DNA of 64,000 nt, taken from contig JBHGNT010000004.1 of the NCBI GenBank assembly GCA_043228905.1, positions 15,624,001 through 15,688,000 on the forward strand, given 5' to 3'. The notes under the pieces are model-generated. The model was not told the origin of the DNA, ran no database searches, and saw only the letters and a program-made list of their open reading frames with translations. The position numbers were made by a program, and so were the translations under genes. The DNA comes from Azolla caroliniana. Its lineage: Eukaryota > Plantae > Polypodiophyta. Within the stretch, counting starts at the first letter, position 1, and each line of letters begins with the position of its first letter. Of this stretch, positions 38,960 to 53,545 are shown piece after piece.

Positions 38960-41900
38960 GAACTCGAGCCGAGAGAAGAGTCAATAGAGACATCCGAACC
39001 GAAGCTGACGACGGGTGGAAGGAGATACCCACTCAGAAAGGAGAGCATCGACAACATATGTCAGTCAATACATCCTCTTGACTAATGAAGGTAAGCCTGA
39101 GTGCTATGATGAAGCCATATCTGATGAGTACAAGGAGAAATGGTTGAGTGCAATACAAGATGAGATGGCCTCCTTGCATGAGAATTACACCTACGACCTG
39201 GTTGAGTTACCGAAAGGTAAGAGAGCACTTAGAAATAAATGGGTCTACAAGGTGAAGAGTAGAGAAGTCAACAACACACCTAGATATAAAGCCCACATTG
39301 TGGTGAAGGGGTTCCAACAAAAAAAGGGTGTCGACTTTGACGAAATTGTTGAGAATCAAGCTCAACTCGGTTTAGTGTGTGAACTCACCTTGAGAGTGAA
39401 TAGACATTCCAACGGTCAAGAGTCACCATTAAGTCACCACTTTGTATTCTAGCATTTAGTATGAGTCATAGAATCATATTCTATGACACATAACTTATGA
39501 GCTTTCACATTCCCCATGCTCCATGAGTCTTGTAGTTAATGAAGAGAGAGGGTGACTACATAAAGCACCCTCCTCCCATCTTGTATAATGTTGAGTCTTT
39601 CTCCTTTGTTAATATACTTTTACCTTGCGTATTCTTTGTGTCTTATTCCTTGTCTCTCTCTCTCACTCTCTCTCTCTCATACACACACATAACTCATATC
39701 TCTTCCGCTTCACAAGAATCCATCTCTTGATTCTTTACATGGTATCAGAGTGATTTGGTAGTTCAATCTAGCCCATTCGCCTCATCGTGATCGTGTGTTG
39801 TGCTCCACGCCGATGACCAAGAACCGGCTCATCGCTATCGTAGCTTCGCGACATAGCTCGCATTCGAAGAGAGAAGAAGAAGAAGAAAAAGAATCGACAT
39901 AATGAATACTCAAATGGGGAGCGCTCTCCCTACCGAGAAGTTGGATCGAAACAACTTCGCATCTTGGGAGTACAAGATGCACCAATACCTTGTCGGACAA
40001 GGCTATTGGAGCTACATCAAAGGAGCACACGAAGACCGACCCATCGACACGGCTCCCGGATATGCGACATGGGAGCAAGCCACAAGCCACGTGATGTATT
40101 GTTTGGGGACATGTGTTCACGACCACATGCTCGGTTACATTTGAGAAGCCAAGACGCCGAAGGAAGCGTGGGAAAATCTACGAAAGATTTTCGCCGCCAA
40201 CACGACCGCGAGGAAGCTTCAACTCCGCCAAGAGTTGAACAACATTCAACAAAGGGACATGTCCATTACGACATACACCTTGAAGATCAAGGAGCTTTGC
40301 GACTCGCTCGGCTCAATAAGCGTAAATATCAATGATGATGAGATGGTGCAAATATGCCTTGGCAGCCTCGCACCACGGTTCGGCGCGATGCGAACTGCCG
40401 TTCTAGCACGGGAGAAATCTCCCTACTTCTTCGAGCTCCAATCAATTCTATTGGTCGAAGAAAACCACGTGCGTACAAGGAGCAATGAGTCGGAAGGCCA
40501 CATGCTCTACACGCACTCGAATGGAGGAAGAGGACACGGACGAGCGAGAGGCCGATTCGGCCAAGGACAAGGCAGACGAGGTCTGACCTACGACAACAAC
40601 TTCCAATTTCAGCCGCAAAACGGAAGCCAACGAGGAACCTTCGCAAGAAGGGGGAGCTTCCACTCCGGCCCGAGCCGTCAAAACGCAACCGAATGCGGAT
40701 ATTGCGGAAAGCTCGGCCACCATGAAGAAGAGTGCCGAAAGAAGATGTGTGAAACGGCTTCCACAAGCCGACAACTCACGAATTATGCGCACAATTCCGA
40801 CTACGAAGAGTATAGCGGAATGTACGGACACAACTCCGACTACGAAGATCATGGCGGAATGTATGCACACAACTCCGACCGTGGGGGAATGTTCATGATG
40901 AAACATAGAGCAAACTCTATGTCGGCCTCTACCTCAACTAGTGCCTCCGGTCCGGAAGACGTATGGTTCGTCGCTTCCGGTGCCTCAAACCATATGACAT
41001 CGCATCAAGAATGGTTTCGAGAACTTCGAGAGCCGGACCGACCCAGCTATGTCGAAACCGGAGACGACACTACGCACCCGATTCGGCACATCGGCAATGT
41101 TCCGTTCGGAAAAGAAGGTAAGCAAAATTACATTAAAAATGTCTTGCATGTACTGACCATTACGAAGAATTTGGTCTCCGTCGGCCAAATTGTGGAGCAA
41201 GGTATGCAAGTTCGATTTAATCAAGGCGGTTGCTTCATCGAAAAAGAGGGTCGACTCATCGCACGCGGACGAAGAGAGGGCCGAATGTTCATTCTCGACT
41301 CACACGAGATGAAATTCGCCATGTTCGCAAAGGGCATGAAAGCCGACTCCGACATAGAGTTATGGCACAAGCCGATTGGCCATATAAATCTCCAAAAGCT
41401 CAAAGCAATGAAATCGAAGGGAGTCGTCATTGGACTCCCGACATTCAAAGAGAAGGAGATTGAAGGTGTATGCGAAGCGTGCCAATTCGGCAAGCAACAC
41501 TCACACCCATTCCCGAAAGAGGGGAACGTGAGCAAAGGTCTACTTGACGTAGTCCATTCCGATGTATGGGGACCGGCGCAAACGGCTACATTCGGCGAAT
41601 GCCGATATTACATACTGTTCATCAACGACTTCTCTAGGCACGCTTGGATCTACCCGATGCAGCAAAAGAGCGAAGTGTTCAGACACTTCCAAACATTCAA
41701 GAATGAATTCGAGAAAGCCACGAGCCAACATGTACGATGTCTTCGAACGGATGGCGGCAAGGAGTACTTCTCGGACAATTTCATGACGTATCTCCGAAAG
41801 GAAGGAATTCGGCGAGAATTCACTTGCCGACACACTCCGCAACAAAAAGGAGTAGCCGAGCGCAAAAATCAGCACATCCTTGAAGTAGCACAGGCCATGA

Positions 41901-44900
41901 TGAACGAGAAGCATATGCGGAAGCTACAAATACGGTCGTCTACCTAATGAACCGGTGCACAACATCCGGCGTGCACGAGCTCACTCCGCACGAAAAATAC
42001 TTTGGAAAGAAGCCGGACTTATCGCACACCCGGATATTTGGCATGATAGTGTACGTGCACATCCCCGACGAGAAGCATCAAAAGCTTGACCCGAAATCGG
42101 AGAAATGTATCCTCGTAGGATACTCACTGGAGCAAAAGGGGTACAAGTGCTACAACCCCTGAACTCGAAAATCTCGAGTAAGTCGAGATGTCGTCTTTGA
42201 CGAGTCCGCATCCTGGTACACACCAGAGACGACTTCGACTCCGACTTCGCTCGACCCGAAATCCGCCGAACACGAGATAGAGGATGAAAATCCCCTTACG
42301 CGCATGTTCGAAGAAAGTCCGATCACGACCTGATTGAGCAGACCACAAGAGCCTTTGAGCAATCAAAGCACATCACGGCCTAGCCCGAAGATGGACAAAG
42401 GCAAGGCGAAAATGTTGGAATACGAAGACGATCGCTTCGCCGACGATGGGTCGACTCACTCACTCGACAATGAGTTCGGCGGCTTCGATGTACCAATCGG
42501 AGCCAAGAAAGCCCTTATCTCTGCAAATGAAAAGCTCTGCCGCTCCACCCGTGAAAAGAATCCAGTCAGCTGATTTGGCTACAATGACTACATGGCATAT
42601 CACTATGCCTTTATGATGAAGGTAGCAACAGTACGGGAGCCGGAAACCCTTTCTGAAGCCGCAAAGGACCCGCGATGGATCGAAGCAATACGAGGAGATG
42701 CGTGCACTACGCAAGAACGAGACATGGGATTTCGTTCCCCACTCACCACACAATAAGGCAATTGGCTGTAGATGGATCTACAAGGTGAAGTACAATGCCG
42801 ACGGTTCTGTCAACTGCTACAAAGTGCGACTTGTAGCGAAAGGCTACGCACAAACGCACGGAGTTGACTACAAGGAGACCTTTGCCCCAGCGGCAAAGAT
42901 GACGACGGCACGGACCGTAATTGCGCTTGCTACGGCGAAAGGGTGGCACCTCCATCAAATGGATGTTAAGAACGCCTTTCTACAAGGCGAATTAGAAGAG
43001 GAGGTGTACATGATATAACCACCCGGCTTCGAATCACGCATTCATCCGAAAGTTGTGTGCCAACTCAAGAAGCCACTCTACGGCGTCAAGCAAGCACCGC
43101 GTGCTTGGCATTCGAAGATATCGCAATATCTTCATCAAATCGGCTTCCGTATGTCAAAATCGGACAACTCCCTCTACATACAAAACGATTCCGCAAGTCT
43201 GATTGTCATCATCTTATATGTGGATGAGCTAGTCATTGGAGGTGAGCATCTCGTCAAAATCAATAAGGTCAAATCCCTCCTTTCCAACAAGTTCGAGATG
43301 ACGGACATGAAGGAGCTCCACTACTTCCTCGGCATCGAGGTAATTCGGACTCCGGCCGGAATCATGATCTCTCAACAACACTACATCCTCAACTTGTTAT
43401 ACAAGTTCGATATGGCTGAGTGCAAATGCGCGACAACTCCGCTCGATCGCAATCGCAAACTAGATGCGAACTCCGGCACGAAAGCGTGTGAACCGACTCA
43501 GTATCGGCAACTCATCGGGAGTCTCATCTACCTCACGATCACTCGACCCGATCTCAGTTATCCGGTCGGTCTCCTTAGCCAATTCATGCAAACACCGCGT
43601 GATACTCACTTGGAATGCGCTAAGCGAGTTCTACGATACGTGAGCGGCACAATGGATTGCGGCATCCTCTACAAGACCGCCATGCCAATACGACTCAAGG
43701 GGTACACACACGCCGATTGGGCCGGCTACAAAGCCGATAGAAGATCAACCTCCACATTTGTTTTTTCCCTCGGTAGCGGAGCAATATCCTGGAGCAACAA
43801 AAAGAAACCAACCGTCGCTCTTTCGAGCATAGAGGCGGAATACAGGAGTGCGGCAATGGCCGCATGTGAAGCCGTATGGCTCAAAAGGATAATCAGGATC
43901 TGGGCGTACCCATCAAGGATCCGACTTCCCTTTACTGCGACAACATGACCAATATCTATCTGGCTTGGAACGTGGTGTTCCACACGCAGGCAAAGCACAT
44001 CGAAGTGTACTATCACTTCATCTGAGAGCATGTTCTAGCTGGCGATGTCGACCTACAACACATTAGCACCAATCTTCAAACGGCTGACATCTTCACTAAA
44101 GCCTTAGGAGCCGACAAGCTATGGCAATTCATGACCGATCTCGGATTGACGATCCCTGACCTGCCAAGCTTGAGGGGGAGAGTACTGAAGACATTACACA
44201 ATAACGCGTGGATTCCGCAAACCACGCACATTACGCAATAACGCGTGGATTACGCAACCACGCAACGAAGCTGCGAAGAGCCGATCTACCGCGCAAAACC
44301 GCGAAGAAAGACGCAAGCCAAAGCACAGACTTCGCAACTACGCACAACGCAAGTTGGAGCACGGATTCCACAACTCCGCATAAATGCGAGTGGACGCGAG
44401 TCTACGCGGACTCCGGAATGCGAGTCGAAGCGGATTTCGGATACCGTCTGAAACCGACCCGACTTGAGCTTGAGGGGGCGTGTTGAGAATCAAGCTCAAC
44501 TTGGTTTAGTGTGTGAACTCACCTTGAGAGTGAATAGACACTCCAACGGTCAAGAGTCACCATTAAGTCACCACTTTGTATTCTAGCATTTAGTATGAGT
44601 CATAGAATCATATTCTATGACACATAACTTATGATCTTTCACATTCCCCATGCTCCATGAGTCTTGTAGTTAATGAAGAGAGAGGGTGACTACATAAAGC
44701 ACCCTCCTCCCACCTTGTATAATGTTGAGTCTTTCTCCTTTATTAATATACTTTTACCTTGCGTATTCTTTGTGTCTTATTCCTTGTCTCTCTCACTCAC
44801 TCTCTCTCTCTCATACACACACATAACTCATATCTCTTCCGCTTCACAAGAATCCATCTCTTGATTCTTTACAGAAATATTCGCACTAGTCGTAAAGATG

Positions 44901-46800
44901 ACGTCAATCGGAATTGTTCTGAGCATAACTGCTAGCATGGATCTAGAGATCGAACAGTTGGATGTCAAAACAACATTCTTGGATGAAGAAATCTATATGC
45001 AGCAGCTTGAAGGTTTTATGGAGAACGGGAAAGAGAACCTGTTGTGTCAACTGAAGGAAAACTTGTATGGTCTGAAACAAGCTCCACGCCAATGGTACAA
45101 GAAGTTCAAGTTCTTCATTGAGGAACATAGGTTCTAGAAAACACAGGTTGATCATTGTGTGTTCGTCAAAAGGTAGGATGAAGGCGACTTCTTGATTCTC
45201 TTATTATATGTGGATGACATGTTGATAATCAATCAAGATACAAGGAAGATCGAAAGCTTGAAGAAAGCTTTAAGCAAGTTGTTTGTCATGAAAGATCTTG
45301 GACCGGCAAAATAGATCTTGGGGATGCACATAGTTCGAGATAGAACAAAGAAAGTGTTGTGGTTGTCACAAGAGAAATATGTGACAAAGATCTTGGAGAG
45401 ATTCAACATGTCAGAAGCGAAGTCGATCGGCTCCATGTTGCCGACAAATTGCAAGATGAGGAAATGCCCTAGAGGGAAGAAAGAAAAGGCTGAGATGAGG
45501 AAAGTACCGTATGCCTCGGCCGTCAGCAGTTTAATGTATGTTATGGTCTATACGAGACCAGACATAGAATTTGTTGTGAGGGTAGTAAGCCGATACATGA
45601 GTAATCCAGGACGAGAACACTAGGTAGCTAATAAGTGGATACTCAAGTACTTGAAAGGCACCTCGGGGGTATGCCTTACGTATAGCGTTGGAAAACCTAT
45701 GCTCGAAGGGTTTACCGAGTCGGACATGTCGGGGGACATAGACTCAAGCTGATCCACTTTAGGTTGCATGATGACCTATGCAAGGGGTTCAGTGTCGGGG
45801 CAATCATGAGTTTGGAAATTTGTGGCCTTGTCGACTACAAAGGCAGAGTATATGGCAGTGGTAGAGGCCGGCAAAGAGCTAATTTGGATGAGACATTTTA
45901 TCAGTGAGTTGGGAATGAAGCAAAAGGAGTTATTGCTTCATTGTGACAGCCAAAGCGTCATACATCTCGCCAAGAATGTTGCGTACCACTCCTAGACCAA
46001 ACATATACATAGGAGGTATCACTAGTTGTGGGAAAAAGTGGAAGAAGGAGAGTTTACTGTTGTGAAGATCCATATTGACGACAATGGATCCGACATGCTA
46101 ATGAATAACCTACGGATGGACAGACGTAGGGTCTGTCGACTAAAGATAGGACTAACCGGCTCCACCCAGAAGAGTGAAGGGGGAGTTTGTTAGGAATATG
46201 TCCCTCCTATGGGAGGAGCCGATTGCTCGGCTAAGTAAGAGCCCACAATTGAAGACAAAGAGTAGTTGACTGGTCGGGCTAAGAACTAACAATCGAAGAT
46301 AAGGAGTAGCCGATTGGTCGGGCTAAGAGCTGACAGTCGAAGACAAGGAGTAGGCGACTAGTCGGGCTAAGAGCCAACTGTGGATAACAAGGAGGAGTCA
46401 ACATGGACAATTGACAGTATAGTAAGTGATCCAAGTCTAAGACATGACTAACTAGTCAAGCTAACCGGATGGTCAACGACAAGGACGACTAGTCGGGCCA
46501 ACTGGACAGTCAACATGGGAGTCAGCTAGTTGAAACGACTAGTCGATCAGTCGACTAATGAGCAACTACTAGTGTTATTATCAGATAATAATAATACTAG
46601 ACATATTTGTAAATAGCTCATATTGTGTATAAGTATAAATACACTTAGGGCAAACATAGAAATAGAACAAAAAGTAGTACATAGCGAAGCATTGTGTAGA
46701 GAGCGTGAGAGAGCGGTGCCATAGCTGAAATAGACTAGACGCCAAGAGCCTTGCGTGGCTGATGCACTCTGAAAAGGAGAGTGTTGTATTTTGCTCAGAC
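38960..46800 (+). mobile_element. Old Tnt1-like copia 3' half (RT, RNase H, PPT, 3' LTR), host to a nested copia
   Basis: RT KRALRNKWVYK..RYKAHIVVKGFQQKKGVDFDEI joins across TSD GAAAT to FALVVKMTSI..QLDVKT..LYGLKQAPRQWY..LYVDD and RNase H. PPT GTGAAGGGGGAG precedes the LTR start at 46188. Many stops. Confidence 0.85.
39347..44873 (+). mobile_element. Full-length Ty1/copia LTR retrotransposon, relatively young but with disabling mutations
   Basis: 393-bp LTRs at 39347-39739 and 44481-44873 with about six substitutions by eye. TSD GAAAT, Met PBS TGGTATCAGAG at 39740, PPT TGAGGGGGCG. Gag CCHC, protease, integrase, RT and RNase H in 39902-44180. Confidence 0.96.
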
Positions 46801-48009
46801 TTGTACATTTGTATGTTAATTAAGCACAAAATAGCTAACTTAAGCACCTACTTCATTAGCTTGAATATCATAAGTAATTAAGAAACAACTTATGAAAACC
46901 AACATTTACATTAATCAAAGAGTAACAAAGTCATACAAGTGATTAGTACAAGGCTATGTGTAAAGCACTGGGCATTAATTCATCATAAGAGAGAAGCAAA
47001 GCAATAGTTAAAAGAGAGCTCAAGTCTAGAGATTGTGAAGAACCCTTGAATCGAGCTAGATAATTAGCTTTTATACCTCATTACATATCTAAGGGTCCTT
47101 TTTTTATTATCTATTTGCTCTTTCATACTTGTGGGAACACACGATCTTTTCCCTAAGTTCTGCTAATGATCTTTCTCTTTGTGTAAGCCGATGTGAATCT
47201 TGCAACACTGCCATGTAAGGTAAGTACTTACCACTTACACCAATGGGGGTGTGGAATGAATCCAACTCGAGAAAATGTGAGAGGTCTTGGAACGAATGCA
47301 TGCATTAGTTTTGTGTTACTTCTCGCTCCAACACAATCTAGTGCCAATCAATTCTTTGGAAGAAGTCAGGTCGTCATTAGTTTTGTGTTACTCCTTGGGC
47401 CAACACAGTCTAGGGCCAATCGAATCCTTGAAAGAAGGTAGCTCTTCTACGACCATTCCGTTCCTCATGTGATCACAATGTGAATTTGATACTAGAAAAC
47501 ATAGTATGTAATATACTCGAAAGCATTGGCAAACATTCTTTTTCATATGCATGCGAACGAATGCGTATGTTATCGAAACATTATTATGTGTTTTGTTTTA
47601 CACTTTTTACCTTAACTTTGTTACCTTAAAAAAAATTACCCTATAATAAATAATGAATACAAAAGTATGGTATTTTACATACATACATACATACTTCGAA
47701 GGTGTTTACCATACGCGAATGATTGGAACATTATCGAATGCGAATGCGCGTAGGATACGTATGCTAGAAAATGTGACCAGTTTGACCAGTTTTGGCCGAA
47801 AACGATAATAGAATCTGGAAGACGTATATGACATTCTAAATTTCTATGTATATATCTTCCCACTCTCACGCGCTCTCTCTCTTTCTCTCATTTTCTCTCT
47901 CTATGAATATTCAGATATCCAACCATCATTCCCCCAAACACTCGATCGGGTATTTGACGAGTTCACTGCACACTGTAGAGAGAGAAGGAAGAGAAGAAAA
48001 AGAAGACAA

Positions 48010-50526
48010 ATGTCTGAAGACGGTTCTTCTGGACCTCTCAATCCTCACGCTTACCATATCAGAAGCTCTAATGGAAGTCTTGAGTGTTATGTGATAAACT
48101 GGGTGAACAGCCAAACTGCCACTTTCTGCCAAGACTATGAAACGTAAGTAAAAAGTTTGTAATTACCTTGTTTATATAGGTTTTAATTTGATAATCATAT
48201 ATAATGAACTATATACATATATGGGATATACATATGCATATTACACATGCACATATATATGTGTGTTGTGTGTTTTTATGTATGAGATTTGTATATATAT
48301 GTATTTGCTACTTCATGACAGTAGCTCAGACATTTATAATCAAGGAGATATGACTATTTTCTTTATAGTATATTGTGTAAACTATAAATGATATCTTAAA
48401 ATTGTTTAGAATCGGTATGTAGTAATATTTCGCTTTTGAGTAGGCCTAAGGAATTCCACCATCCAAAACAAAGAGTGACGGCCCGCCTCCTATTCTCGGT
48501 GTTCATTTGTATGACAGTGAGTATATCGCTTTTAGTTTTTCTGTATCAAGAGGATATCCCGTTCAAAACTGTCCGATACTGGGGTTCGAGCTACGCAGAA
48601 CAGCAGTTCGTACCAACAATTTATAGTGCGAATGCGACACAAAGCCCCAATTACAAGGCAATTACAGCCTCCATGCTGTGTCCCTGCTCGAACACTGCTG
48701 TTTCGTGGATGTCGTATGTTGATTTCTACACAATATCATATACCCTGAAGGTTAGTTTCAATCCATACTATTCAAATCAAGATTTTAAATATTGGGCCCA
48801 AAACTTATTTACTACAATACCCTTATGTTTTAAACATTTCCTGAGTACCCCTCTCTAGAAGTTCCTCATGTACTACGGAGGGTTCGTCAAGTATTTTATA
48901 GAAACTTAGGGGTATTGTGGTAAACACCTGCATTTTAGATAGAATGAGGTAATTTTTGTGATTTTCTCTTGAATCAAAGCTATGAAAACCTCTTCAATTG
49001 GAGATAATAAATTGTAATTGAAAAATATCTTCAACTCTAGGCCGTAATGGTTTCAGAATATCAATATCTATTTGGTTAAATCAAATGTTTTTTGAAGCTC
49101 TTGAAGTTGGTATTTGGAAGCTTGTTTTTAGTGTTTAAGTATATGGATGTATGAGCATAGATGGAAGATTTTCAGCATTTGGAAGATGACTTTGTAATGC
49201 ACAAAGTGTTTATGATTATGATTTTCTCATTAGGGGGCAACACGAAACTCTACCATAAGCAATGGATCGGATTTTTGTCTTAAGGAAATGTCTCATCTTG
49301 ATATCAATAACTCTTATATCACTAGGATTGGTTGCCCAAATCTGGTTAACTCAATAGTGAACAAGGTAGATGACAGAACCGTTTTTGAATCTACTGCTTT
49401 AATGGATCCAGTTTTACTTAATGCAACTGTAGTACGACACATTCAATGTGAGTTTTTTCCCCCTTTAGTTTCTTTTCAGTTTACTCTTGTATTATTTATT
49501 CATTAAGGTAATTAGCTTATTGTTTACAGTCTTCTGTTATGGAAAATGAATTTGTAAATGCATTAGGAAAAGTTTGAACTCAAATTTGGGCCTTGTAAGA
49601 ATTATGATCTCACGGACATACTTCTGAGTAGGATGACGACCAGAGTTGAATTCCTAGCCTGTCTCATCTTATGGCTTGCAATGCAAGAGGCCGAACAAAG
49701 TTGCCAATCTTTCACTAAATATATAGAAAAGATTGGATATTTTTGTCCTTAGCTTCATTATATTTTTTAGCAATTTCTTTTGCATGAGCCTAGATTGTCT
49801 ACCAAATACAGCAAACTTGGCAATATGTAACTTCATTACCTTGGAGAATGGAACCCCAAATTTTAAATCTTTCTCAGGCAAAGGCAAATAAAGAAAATGG
49901 AAGCTTTCTTTGAACATAGAAAAACAATTTGGTATTTTTGATGGAAAATAGTAACTAAATATTTGAGTTTTTAATAACTTATAAGCAAACCTAAACAATC
50001 GGAATCAGTAAGCCAACTCTGCCCTGCATGATCCTAAATTTTTGAGACTCTTTTCTTTACTATTAACTAAGTTTACTCTTGTCTGAATGCAGCCAATCTA
50101 GTGAATGCATTGAATGATTGTGTGTTTCTGATGTCCAATTCAACGAATTGGAATGAAAGTGAGCCATTCAATATCCTCCGGAATACATATGAGCTGTTTG
50201 CTGACATGTTAAAACTATATGCCTCAAATCCACATGTATCAAACACTGAATTTTGGATCATGGCCAATGAGACAATTTCAACTTCTAACATGCCCCTCAT
50301 TCAAGTATTGGATAATCAGCGAGCCCTTGGCATTCAAGTCAATTGGATTTCTTATCTTGAACAGTGTGATCCAGTGTATTGTGATGTTGTAAAGGAAGTG
50401 TCTTTTACAGCCAAATGCTTCTCTATTTTAGCGGAAATTGGTGGCATTGGTGCCCTTTTGCTGATTGTTATCCGGAAAATTTTGTGGCCGTTACTTCGAA
50501 TTGTATGTGGGTGGCAAAATATCTGA
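48010..50526 (+). CDS. Uncharacterised ~370-aa two-TM protein with a Cys-rich, N-glycosylation-rich loop; 4 exons
   Basis: Exons 48010-48143, 48444-48750, 49234-49447, 50072-50526, phase-compatible with no internal stops. TM1 LLFSVFICMTVSISLLVFLY; MLCPCS; VNWISYLEQCDPVYC; TM2 SILAEIGGIGALLLIVI. Confidence 0.75.
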
Positions 50527-51486
50527 GGGTTATTGTGTGGATATGTGCTCAACATTCTCCCCAAGCATAGTAAAACAATCTTCCAAAGCTTTTCATTAGA
50601 AATGAGGGTTGCATTCTTTTGTAAGTTCCCCCGTCACGATTCATAATCAAGATTAAGTATTTAGGTAAAGGACATCCTGAGCAAATTCTTCCATTTTTTT
50701 GATAGATCAACTCCACCATCTTTATTGTACATGACCTCCAGTTATAACCAATGCCCAATTGTTGTTTATAGGGAATGTTGTTCCACGTAGCCAAATATCT
50801 AATTTGAAAATGTACTAATACCAAGATTTGCATCGGTTCAAATTTTCTCAACAAAACCCTTCCCTTTGTGGATGTCGTGGAGTAATAAATTATGTGCATG
50901 TTTACATGCCCACGTTGCCTTTGTATGTGGGAATAGTTACGATGCTGAGTTACAGAGGAATACTCTCTTGAAACAAATATATTGTAAGTTTCTAACAAAG
51001 TGGAAAGTTAGATCTAATTATGTTTACTTTTGTCCATAGGTACACGTGGTTGGCTAATGTACACGAGAAAGGATACCCAATTTCATAATATAACACTACT
51101 TTGGTTCATTTACAAAGCTTCATGTTTTATATGGATCGAAAACGAGTTTCATTTTGTGTTCTATCAAATCACGAAATCCATATGCACATTGTATCCTCTA
51201 AAGGGTCTCCTTTTGTATGTATAGGTAAAGGAATGTCTTTTGCTCATTTTTGCTCTAAGATTGGGTTATAACTTATCACATAGATGTTTTCAGTCTACCA
51301 TAAACATTAAAAAATAAAAATGTTTGCTCATCCTCACCAAATTAGCTCTAGTTTTTTTTTCTGAGAAAAAACTGCTTCCCATTAGTTAAGTGAATCACAT
51401 ATGCAAATCACGCTACATACACTCTAAGTATCTATAGATACTCTACTATTTACAAGTCACTTCCATATATATTTGGTTATTGTTGT

Positions 51487-51838
51487 GTGACACCTTAGAT
51501 AAAAAAAGGTGGGGCAATCGCTGTCTACATAAAATCAAATAGCTATCGTACAAAACTTGTTATTTTTGAACAATCATCAAGACACAACTAGCAAGCTGCT
51601 CAACGCAGCTAGACATTGATATCACCGAAAGCAACATGGGTGATTTGCCTGCCAAGGGGGTAGTGTTACACCGTAGATAAAAAAAAAGTGGGGCAATCGT
51701 TGTCCACGTAACAGCAAATGGTTGCTTCACAAAACTTGTTATTTTTCAGCAAGCATCAAGGCACAACTAGCACGCTTCTCAACGCAACTAGACATTGATA
51801 TTATCGAAAGCAATATGGGTGATTTGTTCAACAGGGGC
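51487..51838 (+). repeat. ~177-bp diverged tandem duplication
   Basis: TGT(G/T)ACACC(T/G)TAGATAAAAAAA..GTGGGGCAATCG...CTAGACATTGATAT..CGAAAGCAA.ATGGGTGATTTG occurs twice. Confidence 0.8.
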
Positions 51839-51999
51839 TAGAACTAGTGAGGGGCTAGAAGCACCATTTCAGATGTCCTGATGTGAAGTCTACCAGTGGT
51901 GTGGTTTCCTAGAATGAGATAAATTGTGCTCATGCCAACTCTTGAGACTCTGAATCTCCCTATAGGTTTTCGAATTGTGCACACAAGGATACCACTAAA

Positions 52000-53545
52000 T
52001 CAGTCCATATAGCTATGATGACATGTGCAATTGTGTGTGTTTCCCCTTGAGTACCATTTCAGACATATGTACTTCCAAATGTTCTACATACTGATTGATG
52101 CCATAGTTGACCATGCTTTATGTAGATTTCGTGATCCCCAAATTTGTGTACATCCAATTGTTGTCCATGTCTAGTGGGTTATGTGCACTCTGAGGACTAA
52201 GGAGTCCTGCGCTTCACACATCCACACATTCTTTTGCAGAGACCACCATATAGCATAACCAAATGAAATCAAGCCTTCCATGCCGCATGCCACCAAAATG
52301 CGTATAATTATTTCCCATATTATATTTGCATATGTTCAACCGATTCTAAATCGTAGTTGCAGCTCTTACAAGCACCATCTTTGCCTCTCCATTGTAGATA
52401 TTTACCAACTCGGATGGCTTTATGACTAATAAGCCAAAGAAAGGATTTGCATTTTTCAGGCAAGTTAGTTGCCCATAACTTTCTCTATAAGCCTGCATAT
52501 AAATGTCATCTAAGCCCTCCTCCCTCCATTTACTTCCAAGTGCATCTTTGTGAATTCCCTATTGCTAAATGATATTTAGGCCAATTTTTCCTGCGCCCCA
52601 TAGAAATTTTGAGGGTTCCTAACTAACTTTTTGTAGCTCCACCCTCACTTGGATCTAGACCTGAGACACATCACGCAACTTGTGGGGCCCTTGGTCAATT
52701 TCCCTGTTTTACCACTAGTAGTAATTAACCGTATTGGATTCCCTCTTGCGTTATGTATACATCTTCGTTGACGCGTATCTGTATATCAGAGTGCACCACA
52801 TCCTTGATCTCATGCAACTCATTTGTTGTGTCAAACCAACCTTCCCACAGATACCTTGCATTTGTGCCATCCATGTTGTCCCTTATTCCCTCATACAATC
52901 TCATAGTGTTCGAGATCACATTCAGCATAGTCACCCCCCAATCACCCATTTTTTGCATTTTTTTTGTAGCAACTGAATTGAAAAGCTCCTTTTGTTCACA
53001 CCAAGATGCCAACGTGAGCGCCAGATTTTGTCAATTTTTGCCCACAGAAGACCCGCAGACTATCCTAGCATACTACCATTGGCATCCTTGAAGTTGGGGG
53101 GTCCATAACAACGACTGTTGAGACCATTCCAAGGGAGAGTTTGGGGCTCTCCAAAAATTCCTTTTTCTCAACAGTTTCCAGGCTTTCATGACTGACCGCA
53201 TCAGTCCATTGTCCATGGTCCACGGAATCTTCATGTTCCATTTCTTTATAAATGCCCGGCAGGGCGTGTCTAGCCATTGATCCCCCACTCTAGGTTTCCA
53301 TACATTTAATCTACGATGGGTTAACATTTTCCACATTTCCTCTCCTAGAGTTAAGCATCTCACAACAAAATTTTCCATTAGTGCCATGCTTTGTATTTTT
53401 GGATCGATTACACCTAAGCCTCCATCTTTCTTTTTTCGTGCTATGGTCTTCCATGCCACTTTACTCGTTACATTGCCCTCAGTCTTGTTGGCCCAGAGAA
53501 ATTGAGTAATGTCTTTTTTTATTCCTACAAGCCCTGTTTTGTCCT
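52000..53545 (-). pseudogene. Degenerate plant L1-type LINE fragment (post-RT region)
   Basis: QFLWA...VAWKTIARKKKDGGLGVIDP at 53073-53510, with a downstream FLWL-like zf-RVT region. Many stops. Confidence 0.7.
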
